In this document: one piece after another, positions 22,955 through 33,244 of the stretch
How positions within the stretch are numbered: position 1 is the first letter of the stretch
Layout of the letters: every line of letters begins with the position of its first letter
Source: an uncultured Chloroflexia bacterium
GTDB lineage: Bacteria; Chloroflexota; Anaerolineae; CG2-30-64-16
DNA length: 64,000 bases
NCBI GenBank assembly: GCA_963774265.1
Contig: CAVZDU010000003.1
Span: 96,001 to 160,000 of the forward strand
Direction: 5' to 3'
Made by a program: the position numbers and the translations under genes
The notes under the pieces: model-generated
Seen by the model: only the letters and a program-made list of their open reading frames with translations
Told to the model about the DNA's origin: nothing
The model's database searches: none

Positions 22955-24295
22955 GTGGATAAGCTCGACAAAACCGTTCCTGCCAACCCTGAAGCCGAGG
23001 AGGCCGTCCTGGGCTCCCTCCTCATCGATCCGGATGCCGTGCTCAAGGTCGCATCCTTCCTCGAAGCAGAGGATTTCTACCGCGAGCACAACGGTTGGAT
23101 CTACCGCGCGATCCTGGAGCTGCACGAGCGCCGCGAGCCGGCGGATTTCGTCACGCTGTGCGATGAGCTGGAGCGGAACAACCTCCTGCAGGAGATCGGC
23201 GGCGCGGCCTATATCACCCCGCTCATCAACAACGTCCCCTCCGCGGTCTACGTCGAGCATTACGGCCACATCGTCGAGCGCACTGCCACCCTTCGGCGAC
23301 TGATCGACGCAGCCGGACAGATCGCGGCGCTGGCCTACGAGGAGGCGCAGGAGGTCGACGAGGTCGTCGACCGCGCGGAGCAAATCATCTTCAACGTCTC
23401 CGAGCGCCGTGTTCGACGTGATCTGGTCGCCGTGCGCCAGATCATGCACGACGTTGTCGACCGTGTCGACTACCTTCACCGCCACCAGGGCCAGATTCTT
23501 GGCGTCCCCAGCGGATTCACCCAGCTGGACCGTCTCCTGGGCGGATTTCAGAAGTCCGATCTGATCATCCTGGCTGCGCGTCCGGCCGTGGGCAAAACGA
23601 GCCTGGCGCTCAACTTTGCGCTCAATGCCGCGCGCAAATTCCGAAAGGTCGTCGCCTTCTTCAGCCTCGAAATGAGCTCCGAGCAACTCGTGCAGCGCCT
23701 GCTTTCCACCGAGACCGGCATCGACCAGCAGCGCCTCCGTAAGGGCGAGATCGAGGATCACGACTGGGATATGCTCATGGCTGCGGCCGGGGAACTCTCC
23801 AGCACCATGCTCTACATCGACGACACGCCCGCCATGTCGGCTCTCGAGCTGCGCACCAAGGCCCGGCGCCTTCAGGCCGAACACGGGCTTGACCTGATCG
23901 TCGTTGACTACCTTCAGCTCATGCGCGGCGACAACAAGAGTGAGAATCGGGTTCAGGAGATCAGCTACATCACCCGCTCGCTCAAGGGCCTGGCCCGCGA
24001 GCTGGAAGCGCCGCTCATCGCGCTCTCCCAGCTTTCGCGCGCCGTCGAATCACGCACGGACCACAAGCCGATGTTGTCCGACCTGCGCGAGTCCGGCGCG
24101 ATCGAGCAGGACGCGGACATCGTGATGTTCATCTATCGTGAGGACATGCACAAGGAGAACAGCGACAAGAAGAACATCGCGGATATCATCGTCGCCAAGC
24201 ACCGCAACGGCCCGACCGACACCATTCCGCTCTACTTCCGCAAGGAGCTGACCAAGTTCGAGAATCTGGAAATGGTTCGCGAGGCGCTGGAGTGA
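22955..24295 (+). CDS. dnaB: Replicative DNA helicase
   Basis: [61 protein letters not shown]. Confidence 0.97.
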   Translation: MDKLDKTVPANPEAEEAVLGSLLIDPDAVLKVASFLEAEDFYREHNGWIYRAILELHERREPADFVTLCDELERNNLLQEIGGAAYITPLINNVPSAVYVEHYGHIVERTATLRRLIDAAGQIAALAYEEAQEVDEVVDRAEQIIFNVSERRVRRDLVAVRQIMHDVVDRVDYLHRHQGQILGVPSGFTQLDRLLGGFQKSDLIILAARPAVGKTSLALNFALNAARKFRKVVAFFSLEMSSEQLVQRLLSTETGIDQQRLRKGEIEDHDWDMLMAAAGELSSTMLYIDDTPAMSALELRTKARRLQAEHGLDLIVVDYLQLMRGDNKSENRVQEISYITRSLKGLARELEAPLIALSQLSRAVESRTDHKPMLSDLRESGAIEQDADIVMFIYREDMHKENSDKKNIADIIVAKHRNGPTDTIPLYFRKELTKFENLEMVREALE

Positions 24296-24299
24296 CGTC

Positions 24300-25010
24300 A
24301 TGAGCGAGCACATGCAGGGCTTCCCCGGATTTCCGGCCGGCAAGCTGGCGACCACGCCGGTGCCCAATCTGTTCTTCAGCGAGCTGCTGCCGCTGATCGA
24401 TAACCTGGCCGAGCTGAAGGTCATCCTGCATCTCTTCTGGCTGATCGGCAAGAAGCGCGGCGCCTTGCGCTACGCCCGGCTGGATGAGCTGTTGGAGGAT
24501 CGCCGCCTGCTCGATGGCCTGGCCACAGCGAAGGTTGCCGGGGAGCCGATGCTCCGCGATGCGCTGGAGCGCGCGGTGGCGCGCGGCGCGCTCCTGCGCA
24601 CGACTGTCACCCGCGGCCGTGAGACCGAGGAATGGTACATGATCAACAGCGCCAACGGCCGCGAGGTGCTCGAGCACCTGGAGAGCGGCGAGCTGGACCT
24701 GCTCGGCGACGCCGGCGAGGACGTCCAGCTCCAGACGGAGCGTCCGCCGATCTTCGTGCTCTACGAGCAGAACATCGGCATGCTCACGCCCATGATCGCG
24801 GATGAGCTGCGCGACGCCGAGCGCCACTTCCCCGCCGACTGGATCGCGGACGCGTTCCGCGAGGCGGTCCTGCAGAACAAGCGCAGCTGGAAGTACGTCC
24901 TCGCCATCCTCGAACGCTGGCGCACCGAGGGACGCGGGGCGCGCGGCAGGAACGCGAGTTCGGGTGCGTACGACGTGCCCGAGGGCTACGAGGATTTGAT
25001 CAAGCACTGA
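24300..25010 (+). CDS. DnaD-domain replication protein
   Basis: N-terminal PNLFFSELLP.I..LAELKV wHTH-like region; C-terminal LYEQNIG.LTP...AF.EAV..NKRSWKYV.AILERW DnaD domain. Confidence 0.85.
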   Translation: MSEHMQGFPGFPAGKLATTPVPNLFFSELLPLIDNLAELKVILHLFWLIGKKRGALRYARLDELLEDRRLLDGLATAKVAGEPMLRDALERAVARGALLRTTVTRGRETEEWYMINSANGREVLEHLESGELDLLGDAGEDVQLQTERPPIFVLYEQNIGMLTPMIADELRDAERHFPADWIADAFREAVLQNKRSWKYVLAILERWRTEGRGARGRNASSGAYDVPEGYEDLIKH

Positions 25011-25020
25011 GGCGAGCGCT

Positions 25021-26490
25021 GTGAAACGAATAGGAGATTTATTGGGGGACGTTCAACCCCCAAAAGGCAGCCGCCCGGATGGCGGCAAGCCAGAGCGGCC
25101 CACACCTCCCGAGGACGACGTCTGCCCGATCTGCAAGGGCAAGGGCTTCCTGGTCTACGATGTGCCTCCTGGCCATCCCGATTTCGGCAAGCTCGTGGCG
25201 TGCCGCTGCACTGAGGCGCGCATCGTGCGCAACCGCAGCCGCGAGCTCCACGGGTTCAGCAACCTGGGCGCGCTGGGCCACATGACCTTCGACACATTTT
25301 TGCCCGACGGCGTCAGCCTGCCCGAGTCGATCCGCACCGTGCTGCATCGCGTGTACGAGATGTGCCTGGAGTACGCCAGGCATCCGCATGGCTGGCTGGT
25401 GCTCCTCGGCGGCTATGGCGCGGCAAGACCCACCTGGCCGCGGCCATCGCCAACTACAATATCGCGCTGGGCCGCTCTGCCATGTTCGTCGTGACCCCCG
25501 ACCTGCTCGACCACCTGCGCGCCGCCTTCGGGCCGACCAGCGAGAGCGGGGTCGACGAGCGTCTGGAGACGATCCGCGAGACGCCCCTGCTGATCCTGGA
25601 CGATCTCGGCGCACACCACACCACGCCCTGGGCGCAGGAAAAGCTGTTCCAGATCCTCAACCACCGCTACAACAGCCGCCTGCCCACCGTCATCACGACG
25701 AACCAGCGGCTGGAGGAGCTCGACCCGCGGATCGCCTCGCGGCTGGCCGACCTGGATCTCAGCCAGGTCTTCGAGATCCCTGCGCCTGATTATCGGAAGG
25801 CAGCAGTGGGGCAGGATTGCTGGACCGCGGTGCACGCAACTTGAGCTCCCTTGGGTTGCACACGGATCAGACCTTCGAGAACTTCTCCCCGCGCCGAACG
25901 AGGATATGGACGCTGCGCGGCGCGACAACCTGGCCCGCGCGATCAACGAGGCGCGCAGTTTCGCCGAGCAGCCGACCGGCTGGCTGGTGCTCAGCGGGGC
26001 CTATGGCTGCGGCAAGACCCACCTGGCGGCCGCGATCGCCAATTACCAGCTCACCGCCGGCCGGCCTACGCCGATGTTCGTGGTCGTGCCCGATCTGCTG
26101 GATCACCTGCGCGCCACCTTCAGCCCTACCAGCGGCACATCCCTGGACCGCGTCTTCGAGCAGGTCAAGTCCACCTCGCTGCTGATCCTCGACGATCTCG
26201 GCACGGAGAGCGCGACGCCCTGGGCGCGCGAGAAGCTGTTCCAGCTCCTCAACCATCGCTACGCGGCGAAGCTGCCGACCGTGATCACGACCACCGCACA
26301 GATCAACGAGATCGACGCACGGCTGCAGAGCCGGATGCTCGACGCTTCCCGCTGCACCTTCTTCGCCATTACCGCGCCCAGCTTCCGCGGCAGCGACTCG
26401 CAGCACCTTGGGACTGACGGCAAAGCGACCCCGCCCCGCCGCGGCCGCCCTGCGCGTCAGCCCATCATAAAGACCCACCCCCAAATTTGA
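25021..26490 (+). CDS. DnaC/IstB-like helicase-loader ATPase with Zn finger and two tandem AAA+ domains (indels near 25420 and 25800-25900)
   Basis: CPIC...CRC; two copies of [59 protein letters not shown]. Confidence 0.85.
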
Positions 26491-26515
26491 CGTCTTCGCA
26501 GACTTTGGGTAAAAT
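26487..26515 (+). promoter_or_regulatory. Sigma70 promoter of groESL
   Basis: TTGACG-17 nt-TAAAAT. Confidence 0.8.
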
Positions 26516-26524
26516 CAACCTTGC

Positions 26525-26551
26525 TTAGCACTCGCATACATAGAGTGCTAA
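26525..26551. promoter_or_regulatory. CIRCE operator (HrcA binding site)
   Basis: Exact TTAGCACTC-N9-GAGTGCTAA upstream of groES. Confidence 0.97.
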
Positions 26552-26628
26552 GCAAGGCTGATTCCTTTGTGTACACTGCCCAGGCATCCTGGGCCCATCA
26601 CACCATTCACTAGGGAGGCTGTTGGACT

Positions 26629-26918
26629 ATGAATCTCAAGCCGCTCGCTGATCGTTTGGTCGTCGAACCGCTCGAGCAGGAAGAGGTCACCGCCGGTGGC
26701 ATCATTCTGCCCGAGACCGCCAAGGAAAAGCCCCAGCAGGGCAAGGTCCTCGCCGCTGGGCCCGGGCCGCACCGATGAGGAGGGCAAGCGCATCGCCATG
26801 GAAGTCAAGGTCGGCGACACGCGTTCTCTACGCCAAGTACTCCGGCACCGAGATCAAGATGGACGGCAAGAAGCTGCTGATCCTGCGCGAGTCCGACATT
26901 CTGGCCATCGTCGAATAG
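26629..26918 (+). CDS. groES: Co-chaperonin GroES (indels; missing from the ORF track)
   Basis: [12 protein letters not shown]...[18 protein letters not shown], then KYSGTEIK...[13 protein letters not shown] in another frame; GGGAGG RBS. Confidence 0.93.
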
Positions 26919-26945
26919 AACAGATTGCAGCGAGATAGATCAACT

Positions 26946-28587
26946 ATGGCAGCCAAGCAGTTGCTTTTCTCCGAGGAAGCTCGCCGCCACCTGAAGGTCG
27001 GCGTGGACACCCTTGCCGAGGCCGTCAAGACCACCCTCGGCCCCAAGGGCCGCAACGTCGCCCTGGATAAGAAGTGGGGCGCCCCCACCATCACGCATGA
27101 CGGCGTGACCGTGGCCAAGGAAATCGAGCTGCAGGAGCCGTTCCAGAACATGGGCGCCCAGCTCCTGAAGGAAGCCGCGACCAAGACCAACGACATCGCC
27201 GGTGACGGCACCACCACCGCGACCGTCCTGGCCCAGGCCATCGTCAACGAAGGCCTGAAGAACGTGGCCGCCGGCGCCAACCCGATGCTGCTCAAGCGCG
27301 GCATCGAGAAGGGCGTGGCCGCCCTGTCGGCCAACATCCGGGCCCAGGCCATCACCATCACGACCAAGGAAGAAATCGCCGCCGTGGCCGCCATTTCGGC
27401 CCAGGACCAGGAAATCGGCAACCTGATCGCCGAGGTCATGGAGAAGGTCGGTAAAGACGGCGTCATCACGGTCGAAGAGGCCAAGGGCCTGCAGTTCGAG
27501 ACCGAGTACGTCGAGGGTATGCAGTTCGATCGTGGCTACCTCAGCCCGTACTTCATCACCAACCCCGAGACGATGGAAGCCAGCCTCGTCGACCCCGTAC
27601 ATCCTGATCACCGACAAGAAGATCTCGGCCGCCAGCCGACATCGTCCCGATTCTCGAGAAGCTGGTCCAGCTCGGCCACCGCGAAATCGTCATCATCGCC
27701 GAGGACGTGGACGGCGAGGCGTTGGCCACCCTGGTGCTGAACAAGCTGCGCGGCATGTTCAACTGCCTCGCCGATCAAGGCCCCTGGCTTCGGCGATCGC
27801 CGCAAGGCCATGCTGCAGGATATCGCCGTCCTGACCGGCGGCACCGTCATCACCGAGGAACTCGGCAAGCAAGCTCGAGACCGCGCTGATCAGCGACCTC
27901 GGCCAGGCCGACAAGGTCATCTCCGACAAGGACAACACCACCATCGTCGGCGGCAAGGGCGATCCTGAGGGCATCAAGGGCCGTATCGACCAGATCCGCG
28001 TCGAGATCGAAAACACCACCAGCGACTACGACAAGGAAAAGCTGCAGGAGCGCCTGGCCCGCCTGGCGGGCGGCGTGGCGATCATCCGCGTCGGCGCCGG
28101 CACCGAGATCGAGCTGAAGGAAAAGAAGCACCGCGTTGAGGACGCCTTGAGCGCGACCCGCGCGGCGGTTGAGGAAGGCATCGTGCCGGGCGGCGGCGTC
28201 GCGCTGCTGAACGCCATCGCGGCGCTGGACGAGGTCGAGAAGGGCGTTGAGGGCGACATCCTGACCGGTGTCAAGATTCTGCGCAAGGCGCTGCCCATGC
28301 CCATGGCCACCCTGGCCGAGAACGCCGGCTACGACGGCGCGGTCATCGTCGAGAACGTCGCCGCGACCAGAAGGAACAACAACAACCGCTTCGGCTTCGA
28401 CGTGATGGCCGAGGACTACGGCGACATGGTCGCCAAGCAGATCATCGACCCGGCCAAGGTTACCCGCGGCGGTCTGGAGAATGCGGCCTCCATCGCCGCC
28501 ATGATCCTGACCACCGAGGCCCTGATCACCGACATCCCGGAGAAGGAAAAGGCTGCGCCGCAGGGTCCCAGCCCCGACATGTACTAG
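26946..28587 (+). CDS. groEL: Chaperonin GroEL (several indels 27590-27880)
   Basis: [46 protein letters not shown]. Confidence 0.96.
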
Positions 28588-28595
28588 ACTGAAAA

Positions 28596-28678
28596 AGGTG
28601 CCCGGCACCTCGAAGGTGCCGGGCACCTAGGTACTCAAGTGCCGGGCACCTGGGGAACTTCACAAGTGCCGGGCACCT
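28596..28678. repeat. GTGCCnGGCAC repeat cluster: one 33-bp 15-3-15 hairpin plus two single 15-mers, between convergent genes
   Basis: AGGTGCCCGGCACCT-CGA-AGGTGCCGGGCACCT (28596-28628); AAGTGCCGGGCACCT at 28637 and 28664. Confidence 0.9.
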
Positions 28679-28687
28679 GGGGAGCCC

Positions 28688-29329
28688 CTACACCACCACC
28701 ACCCGCAGCCCTTGCCCCTCGCACAGCGAGCGAAACTTCTCCACATCTGCGATCCCGCCCACGATATCCCCATAGTGCATGGGAACGAACACCTCCGCAC
28801 GGATCACCTTCGCGGCCTCGAACGCCTCTTCAGCCGTCATCACGTACGTGCCCGACACCGGCAGCAGCGCCACAGTGACGGTCAGGTCTGCCATCTCGGG
28901 GATGAAGTCCGTGTCACCCGCATGGTATAGCGTCTCCCCGCCCAGCGTGATGAGATAGCCGTTTGCCTGCATGCTCTTCGGATGGAACGGCTGGCCCGGG
29001 CTGCGGAACTTGTTCACGTTATACGCCGGAACCGCGGTCACCGTCACGTCTGCCACGGTCATTGACTCACCCGGCCGGAGCATTTTCGCCCCCTTCAGTT
29101 TCTTCGCCGCGCCAGGGTCTGCAATGACCACGGTCCCTTTCCCGCTGACCTTCTCCACATCCTCCGCCGAGCAATGGTCGAAGTGGTCGTGGGTCACCAG
29201 GATCAAATCTGCAATGGGACAGCCCGGGGGCAGCTTCCACGGGTCGATGTAGATGATCGGCCGCCCGTCCAACAGGAACGAGTCGTGCCCCAGCCGTTTC
29301 AGGTTACGCAGGATCGCAGAATTCGCCAT
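28688..29329 (-). CDS. MBL-fold metallo-hydrolase (UlaG-like)
   Basis: THDHFDH, YHAGDT, PMHYG. Confidence 0.9.
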   Translation of the reverse strand: MANSAILRNLKRLGHDSFLLDGRPIIYIDPWKLPPGCPIADLILVTHDHFDHCSAEDVEKVSGKGTVVIADPGAAKKLKGAKMLRPGESMTVADVTVTAVPAYNVNKFRSPGQPFHPKSMQANGYLITLGGETLYHAGDTDFIPEMADLTVTVALLPVSGTYVMTAEEAFEAAKVIRAEVFVPMHYGDIVGGIADVEKFRSLCEGQGLRVVVV

Positions 29330-29346
29330 CGAATGCCTCCCTCTCT

Positions 29347-32286
29347 TCAAACCGGCTTCCGCCTGATCACGATCAGCGTGAAGTCGTCGTACTGCGACTC
29401 CCCCGCCGCCCACGTTCGCACTGCCGCGTCGATCGCGCCGGCGATGGCCTCGGCCGGTTGGTCCTTATGCTGGAGCAGCAGCTCTGCCAGCCGTTCCTCG
29501 CCGAATGCATCGCCCGCCGGGTTCAGCGTATCGATTGCGCCGTCCGTATAGAATAGAACCACATCTCCGGGGTCCAGGTCAACTGTTTTTTGTTCGAAAT
29601 TGACGTCGTCGATGATTCCCAGCGCCAGGCCATCCGTCTTCAGCTCGGTGAGGTGCGCTCCCGCGGCGGGCGCGTGCAGCGCCAGGTTATGGCCTGCGCT
29701 ACTGTATGTCAGCCGATGCTCCACGATATCGAGCACACCGTAGTTGGCCGTGACAAACATGTCGGACGTGCTGTCTGAGAGGATCAGCTCGTTAGCGCGC
29801 TGCAGGGCCGTGGCCGGATCGCGGCCGCTGAACGCGACCACGCGTATGATGGTGCGCGCGAACATCATGTACAGTGCGGCCGGAATTCCCTTATCCGACA
29901 CATCTGCGATCACCAGCCCCAGACGGACCTGGTCAAGCTGCATGAAGTCGAAGAAATCGCCGCCCACCTCGCGCGCTGACCGCCAGCGATACGCCACCTC
30001 GTAACCCTCCAGCGTTGGGGCTTCCTGGGGCAGCAGCGTCTTTTGGATGTCGTGCGCCAGCTCCAGCTCGCGCCCCAGCCGCGCCCGTTCCGCCTCCTGG
30101 ATCTGCAATCTTGCGTTCTCGATCGCGATCGCGGCCTGGTTCGCGATGCCCACCAGGATGCGCACGCGGCGCGGGCTGAACACGTGCGCGCTATCGACGT
30201 CGTCGGCCAGCAGCGCGCCGATGGGCTCGTCGGCCACCAACAGCGGCACCACGAGGATCGTCCGGCTGCCGAACCGCTCGCGCCAGGCCTCGGGCACGCG
30301 AGGATTGTCCTGCGCATCGTCCACCACCAACGGCTGCCCGGTCCTGCACGCGTCATCGAGCAAGGGCAGTTCGCCCGGTTTGATGAGCGCGCCCTGGTAG
30401 GCCTCCGCCAGACCGGGTCGCTGCCCGTGGACGGTGCGGGTCCGGAGATTGCCTTCGCTATCGCTGAGCAGCGCCACACAGCGGTTCACACCTGTCAGCG
30501 CGGGCACGATTCGCGTCACCTGCTCCAGCGTCATATCCACCGGCTGCAGCCTGCGGATCGCCTCGGCCACCTGCAGCAACACCGTCGACGTCCAGGCCTC
30601 CTCTTCACGCATGGCAGTCAGCCGGCTATTGTCGACCGCAGCCGCGATCTGGTGTGCGATGCCCTTCAGCATGGCCAACCGCCGTTCGTCCAGGGTGGCT
30701 ACGCGCTCCCGGCTGAATCCGGCGCCCAGCACACCGAAAACTTCGCCCTGGTTGAGCATGGGCAGCAGTGCGACGAGATCGCCCGAGCACACCTCCCTGA
30801 GTGCCGCGGGCAAGCTGTCCGGCTGGGCCGCCGGCTCCAGCACCACCGCGCCCCGCGTCGCGCGCAGCTCATCGAGCGCCGGCCACTCGCCGGGCAAAAA
30901 GCGCAGGAGGGAGCGCAGGTCCGTCTCCCCGTCCTCGCCCTCCTCGGATTTTTGTGTACTCTGTGCTTTTTGCGGCTTGGTGGTTGATTCCCCCAGCCCA
31001 AACGACGCGCCGTATTGGAACGCCCCGGCCTCCTCGTGCCACAGCCAGATGGTGGTCGACTCGACGCCCGCCAACATCGCGGTCACGCGCACCGCGATGT
31101 CGAGCACGTCCTCCATGCTCCCGGCCTGGCTGGTTGCCTCGGCCACCTGCAACAGGACCGTGGTGACCCATGCCTCAACGCGCTGCGCCTCGAATGCACG
31201 TGCCGAGTTCACCGCCACCGCCACCTGGTCGGCCAGGGTGGCCAGGATGAACAGGTCGTCCGCGCCGAACGCGCCGGCCTCCGTGCTCTGCACGTCCAAT
31301 ACGCCCAACACTTCGCCCTCGACAAGCAGCGGCGTGGCGAGCTCTGCGCGCGTATCGGGCAATAGCCGGGGGTCATCGGGGATGTAGCGCGGCTCTTTGG
31401 CTACGTCGTTCGCCAGGAGCGGCTCGCCGTGCTGCGCGGTCCAGCCGATGATGCCTTCCCGGCCGATGTGCATGGTGCATCCCTCCCGCCGCCATTTGTC
31501 GTTCAGTCCGTGGCCGCTGGACGCCTGGAACACCGCGCGATCGCTGCCGTGCTCGACCAGGAAAATCTGCACGTGATAGTAGCCGAAGCGGGTGTGGATC
31601 AGCTCCACCACCTGGCGCAGGAGCCGGTCCAGATCGAGGATGCTGGTCAGCCGCCGGCCCACCTCTGAGACGGCCGTCAGCGCGTTCAGCCGTCGTTCCG
31701 AGCGTTCGTAAAGGCGTGCGTTGTTCAGCGCTGAGGCGGCCTGGTTTGCGAGGATGGTGAGCAGGCGGACGTCGCCTTCGTCGAACGCGTCGGGCCGCGA
31801 GCTTTGGATGGAGACGGCTCCAAGCGCGGTGTCGCCGGCCAGCAGCGGCAGGTAGATGCCTGAGCGGGGTGGGTTGTCGCTGAGGTAGACCGGACGGGCG
31901 GGCAGGTCCTCCATCTCGGTCTCGAAATCACCCACCAGGAGCGGCTGGTGTGCGTCTCGGAGCCAGCCGATGATGCCCTGGCCCCTCGGCAAGAAGAACG
32001 TCGTGGGGGTCTGAATTTCCCCGTCTTTCACCCAGACCTTGATATGGTAGAGTTCGCCTTCGAATAGCCCCAGTTGAAAGTTACCGGTCGGCACGATCCG
32101 GCCCGCCAGCGCGTAGATCAAACGGCACAGCGCGTCCTGATCCAATTGTGCCTGCAGGATCGACCGGCCGATCTCGGCGAGCGTGTTCAGCTCGGTGAGG
32201 CGTCGCGCGAGACGCCGGCCGGATGGGCTTCTGCTGGTCGCGCGCCGCCCCGCGCTCGCGCGGCCGGCGACCCTGGCCTGGGTCAC
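29347..32286 (-). CDS. SpoIIE/RsbU-like PP2C phosphatase with about four GAF domains
   Basis: Repeated GAF ends (LANQAASALNNARL, LADQVAVAVNSAR, IAHQIAAAVDNSRL, IANQAAIAIENARL); VGGDFFD, IADVSDKG, YTDG, DDFT. Confidence 0.92.
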   Translation of the reverse strand: MTQARVAGRASAGRRATSRSPSGRRLARRLTELNTLAEIGRSILQAQLDQDALCRLIYALAGRIVPTGNFQLGLFEGELYHIKVWVKDGEIQTPTTFFLPRGQGIIGWLRDAHQPLLVGDFETEMEDLPARPVYLSDNPPRSGIYLPLLAGDTALGAVSIQSSRPDAFDEGDVRLLTILANQAASALNNARLYERSERRLNALTAVSEVGRRLTSILDLDRLLRQVVELIHTRFGYYHVQIFLVEHGSDRAVFQASSGHGLNDKWRREGCTMHIGREGIIGWTAQHGEPLLANDVAKEPRYIPDDPRLLPDTRAELATPLLVEGEVLGVLDVQSTEAGAFGADDLFILATLADQVAVAVNSARAFEAQRVEAWVTTVLLQVAEATSQAGSMEDVLDIAVRVTAMLAGVESTTIWLWHEEAGAFQYGASFGLGESTTKPQKAQSTQKSEEGEDGETDLRSLLRFLPGEWPALDELRATRGAVVLEPAAQPDSLPAALREVCSGDLVALLPMLNQGEVFGVLGAGFSRERVATLDERRLAMLKGIAHQIAAAVDNSRLTAMREEEAWTSTVLLQVAEAIRRLQPVDMTLEQVTRIVPALTGVNRCVALLSDSEGNLRTRTVHGQRPGLAEAYQGALIKPGELPLLDDACRTGQPLVVDDAQDNPRVPEAWRERFGSRTILVVPLLVADEPIGALLADDVDSAHVFSPRRVRILVGIANQAAIAIENARLQIQEAERARLGRELELAHDIQKTLLPQEAPTLEGYEVAYRWRSAREVGGDFFDFMQLDQVRLGLVIADVSDKGIPAALYMMFARTIIRVVAFSGRDPATALQRANELILSDSTSDMFVTANYGVLDIVEHRLTYSSAGHNLALHAPAAGAHLTELKTDGLALGIIDDVNFEQKTVDLDPGDVVLFYTDGAIDTLNPAGDAFGEERLAELLLQHKDQPAEAIAGAIDAAVRTWAAGESQYDDFTLIVIRRKPV
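30949..30985 (-). repeat. CAC/AAG-type short repeat, in frame inside the phosphatase gene
   Basis: AACCACCAAGCCGCAAAAAGCACAGAGTACACAAAAA encodes TTKPQKAQSTQK; A-rich patch in a GC-rich gene. Confidence 0.75.
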
Positions 32287-32705
32287 TTCACTCCCCGCTT
32301 AACCATCGTCAGGAGATTGCCGTCGGGCAGGGTTTCGTAGTGCACCTCGTCCATCAACCGGTGCATCAGAAGCAGCCCCAGCCCTCCGACAGGGCGCTCC
32401 TCAAGGGGCGTTTCCAGGTCGGGCGGATCGATCTTGCCGGGCTTGAACGGTTTGGCCCGATCGCGCACGCCGATTGTCACATCATCGCCCGAGACTTCAA
32501 TGCGCACGGCCAGAGGACCCCCGCGGCCCTTGTAGCCGTGTGCGATGACATTGCTTGTTGCCTCCTCGACCGCCAGGGTCAGGTCGAAGCACAAACCGGG
32601 GCTGATCCCCGCGTCCGCGCACGCGGCCTCAACGAACTCCAGCATGCCCGGCACATCGCTCATTGCCCCCCCGCAGCTCATCTCCCGCACAAACTCTTCC
32701 GTCAC
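32283..32705 (-). CDS. RsbW-like anti-sigma factor / serine kinase (HATPase_c_2)
   Basis: LAVEEATSNVIAHGY, RD.AKPF, GGLGLLLMHRLMDEV.Y...GN.L. Confidence 0.9.
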   Translation of the reverse strand: MTEEFVREMSCGGAMSDVPGMLEFVEAACADAGISPGLCFDLTLAVEEATSNVIAHGYKGRGGPLAVRIEVSGDDVTIGVRDRAKPFKPGKIDPPDLETPLEERPVGGLGLLLMHRLMDEVHYETLPDGNLLTMVKRGVK

Positions 32706-32740
32706 AGCCCCATCGCCCCCCAAGATCTGTGGCAAAACAG

Positions 32741-32782
32741 AAAAAAAGCTGGAAACCAGCTCACATCGCGCCGGTTTCCAGC
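32741..32782 (-). terminator. Intrinsic terminator between the STAS and RsbW-like genes
   Basis: Minus-strand stem GCTGGAAACC...GGTTTCCAGC followed by T7. Confidence 0.7.
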
Positions 32783-32804
32783 CTCAGCATTCGACTCAAT
32801 CGAC

Positions 32805-33140
32805 CTAGAAGCTGCCGACCGCTTCCGCTTCGGTCTCATACACGATGAACTGACTGCTCAGGCCGGTCAGGTCCAGAACCTTCTTGATGTTCGGATTGAC
32901 CTCGGCCAGCCGCATATCGCCCCGGTTCCAGCGCCGGCAGCTCTTCCATGTACTGATCAACTCGCGCAAGGCCGCACTGGACGTATAGGTCACGTCCTTC
33001 ATATTGACCACCAGCTTGAAATGGCCCGTGTCAGTCAGGCTGCGTAATTGGGTTCCGAGCTCAGGCGCCACACTGCCGTCGATGCGTCCGCCCAGGCGGA
33101 CCAGCGTACAGCGCTTCAGGTCGACGTTCGAGAACTCCAT
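32805..33140 (-). CDS. STAS-domain anti-anti-sigma factor (RsbV/SpoIIAA-like)
   Basis: GRID...APEL, VTYTSSAALR.L, VLDLTGL; GGAGG RBS. Confidence 0.9.
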   Translation of the reverse strand: MEFSNVDLKRCTLVRLGGRIDGSVAPELGTQLRSLTDTGHFKLVVNMKDVTYTSSAALRELISTWKSCRRWNRGDMRLAEVNPNIKKVLDLTGLSSQFIVYETEAEAVGSF

Positions 33141-33209
33141 GTGATTACCTCCGTGGGTTGCCAGCGTCGCAAGGAAAAGGCGAGACAAGTCACCTAGTTT
33201 AGGTCAAAC

Positions 33210-33238
33210 AATATACCACAAACAAGCAGGTGGCACAA
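33210..33238 (-). promoter_or_regulatory. Candidate sigma70 promoter for the STAS-RsbW-phosphatase genes
   Basis: TTGTGC-17 nt-TATATT with extended -10 TG. Confidence 0.55.
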
Positions 33239-33244
33239 CTCCAG

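Noticed and set aside
25021-26490. IS21 element (IstB-like ATPase)
   Set aside because: No IstA transposase or terminal inverted repeats; the context is dnaB-DnaD housekeeping replication genes.
28596-28678. CRISPR-like look of repeated GTGCCGGGCACCT units
   Set aside because: Units are 15 bp with 3-12-nt gaps, there are no spacer-length unique sequences, and no cas genes are present.
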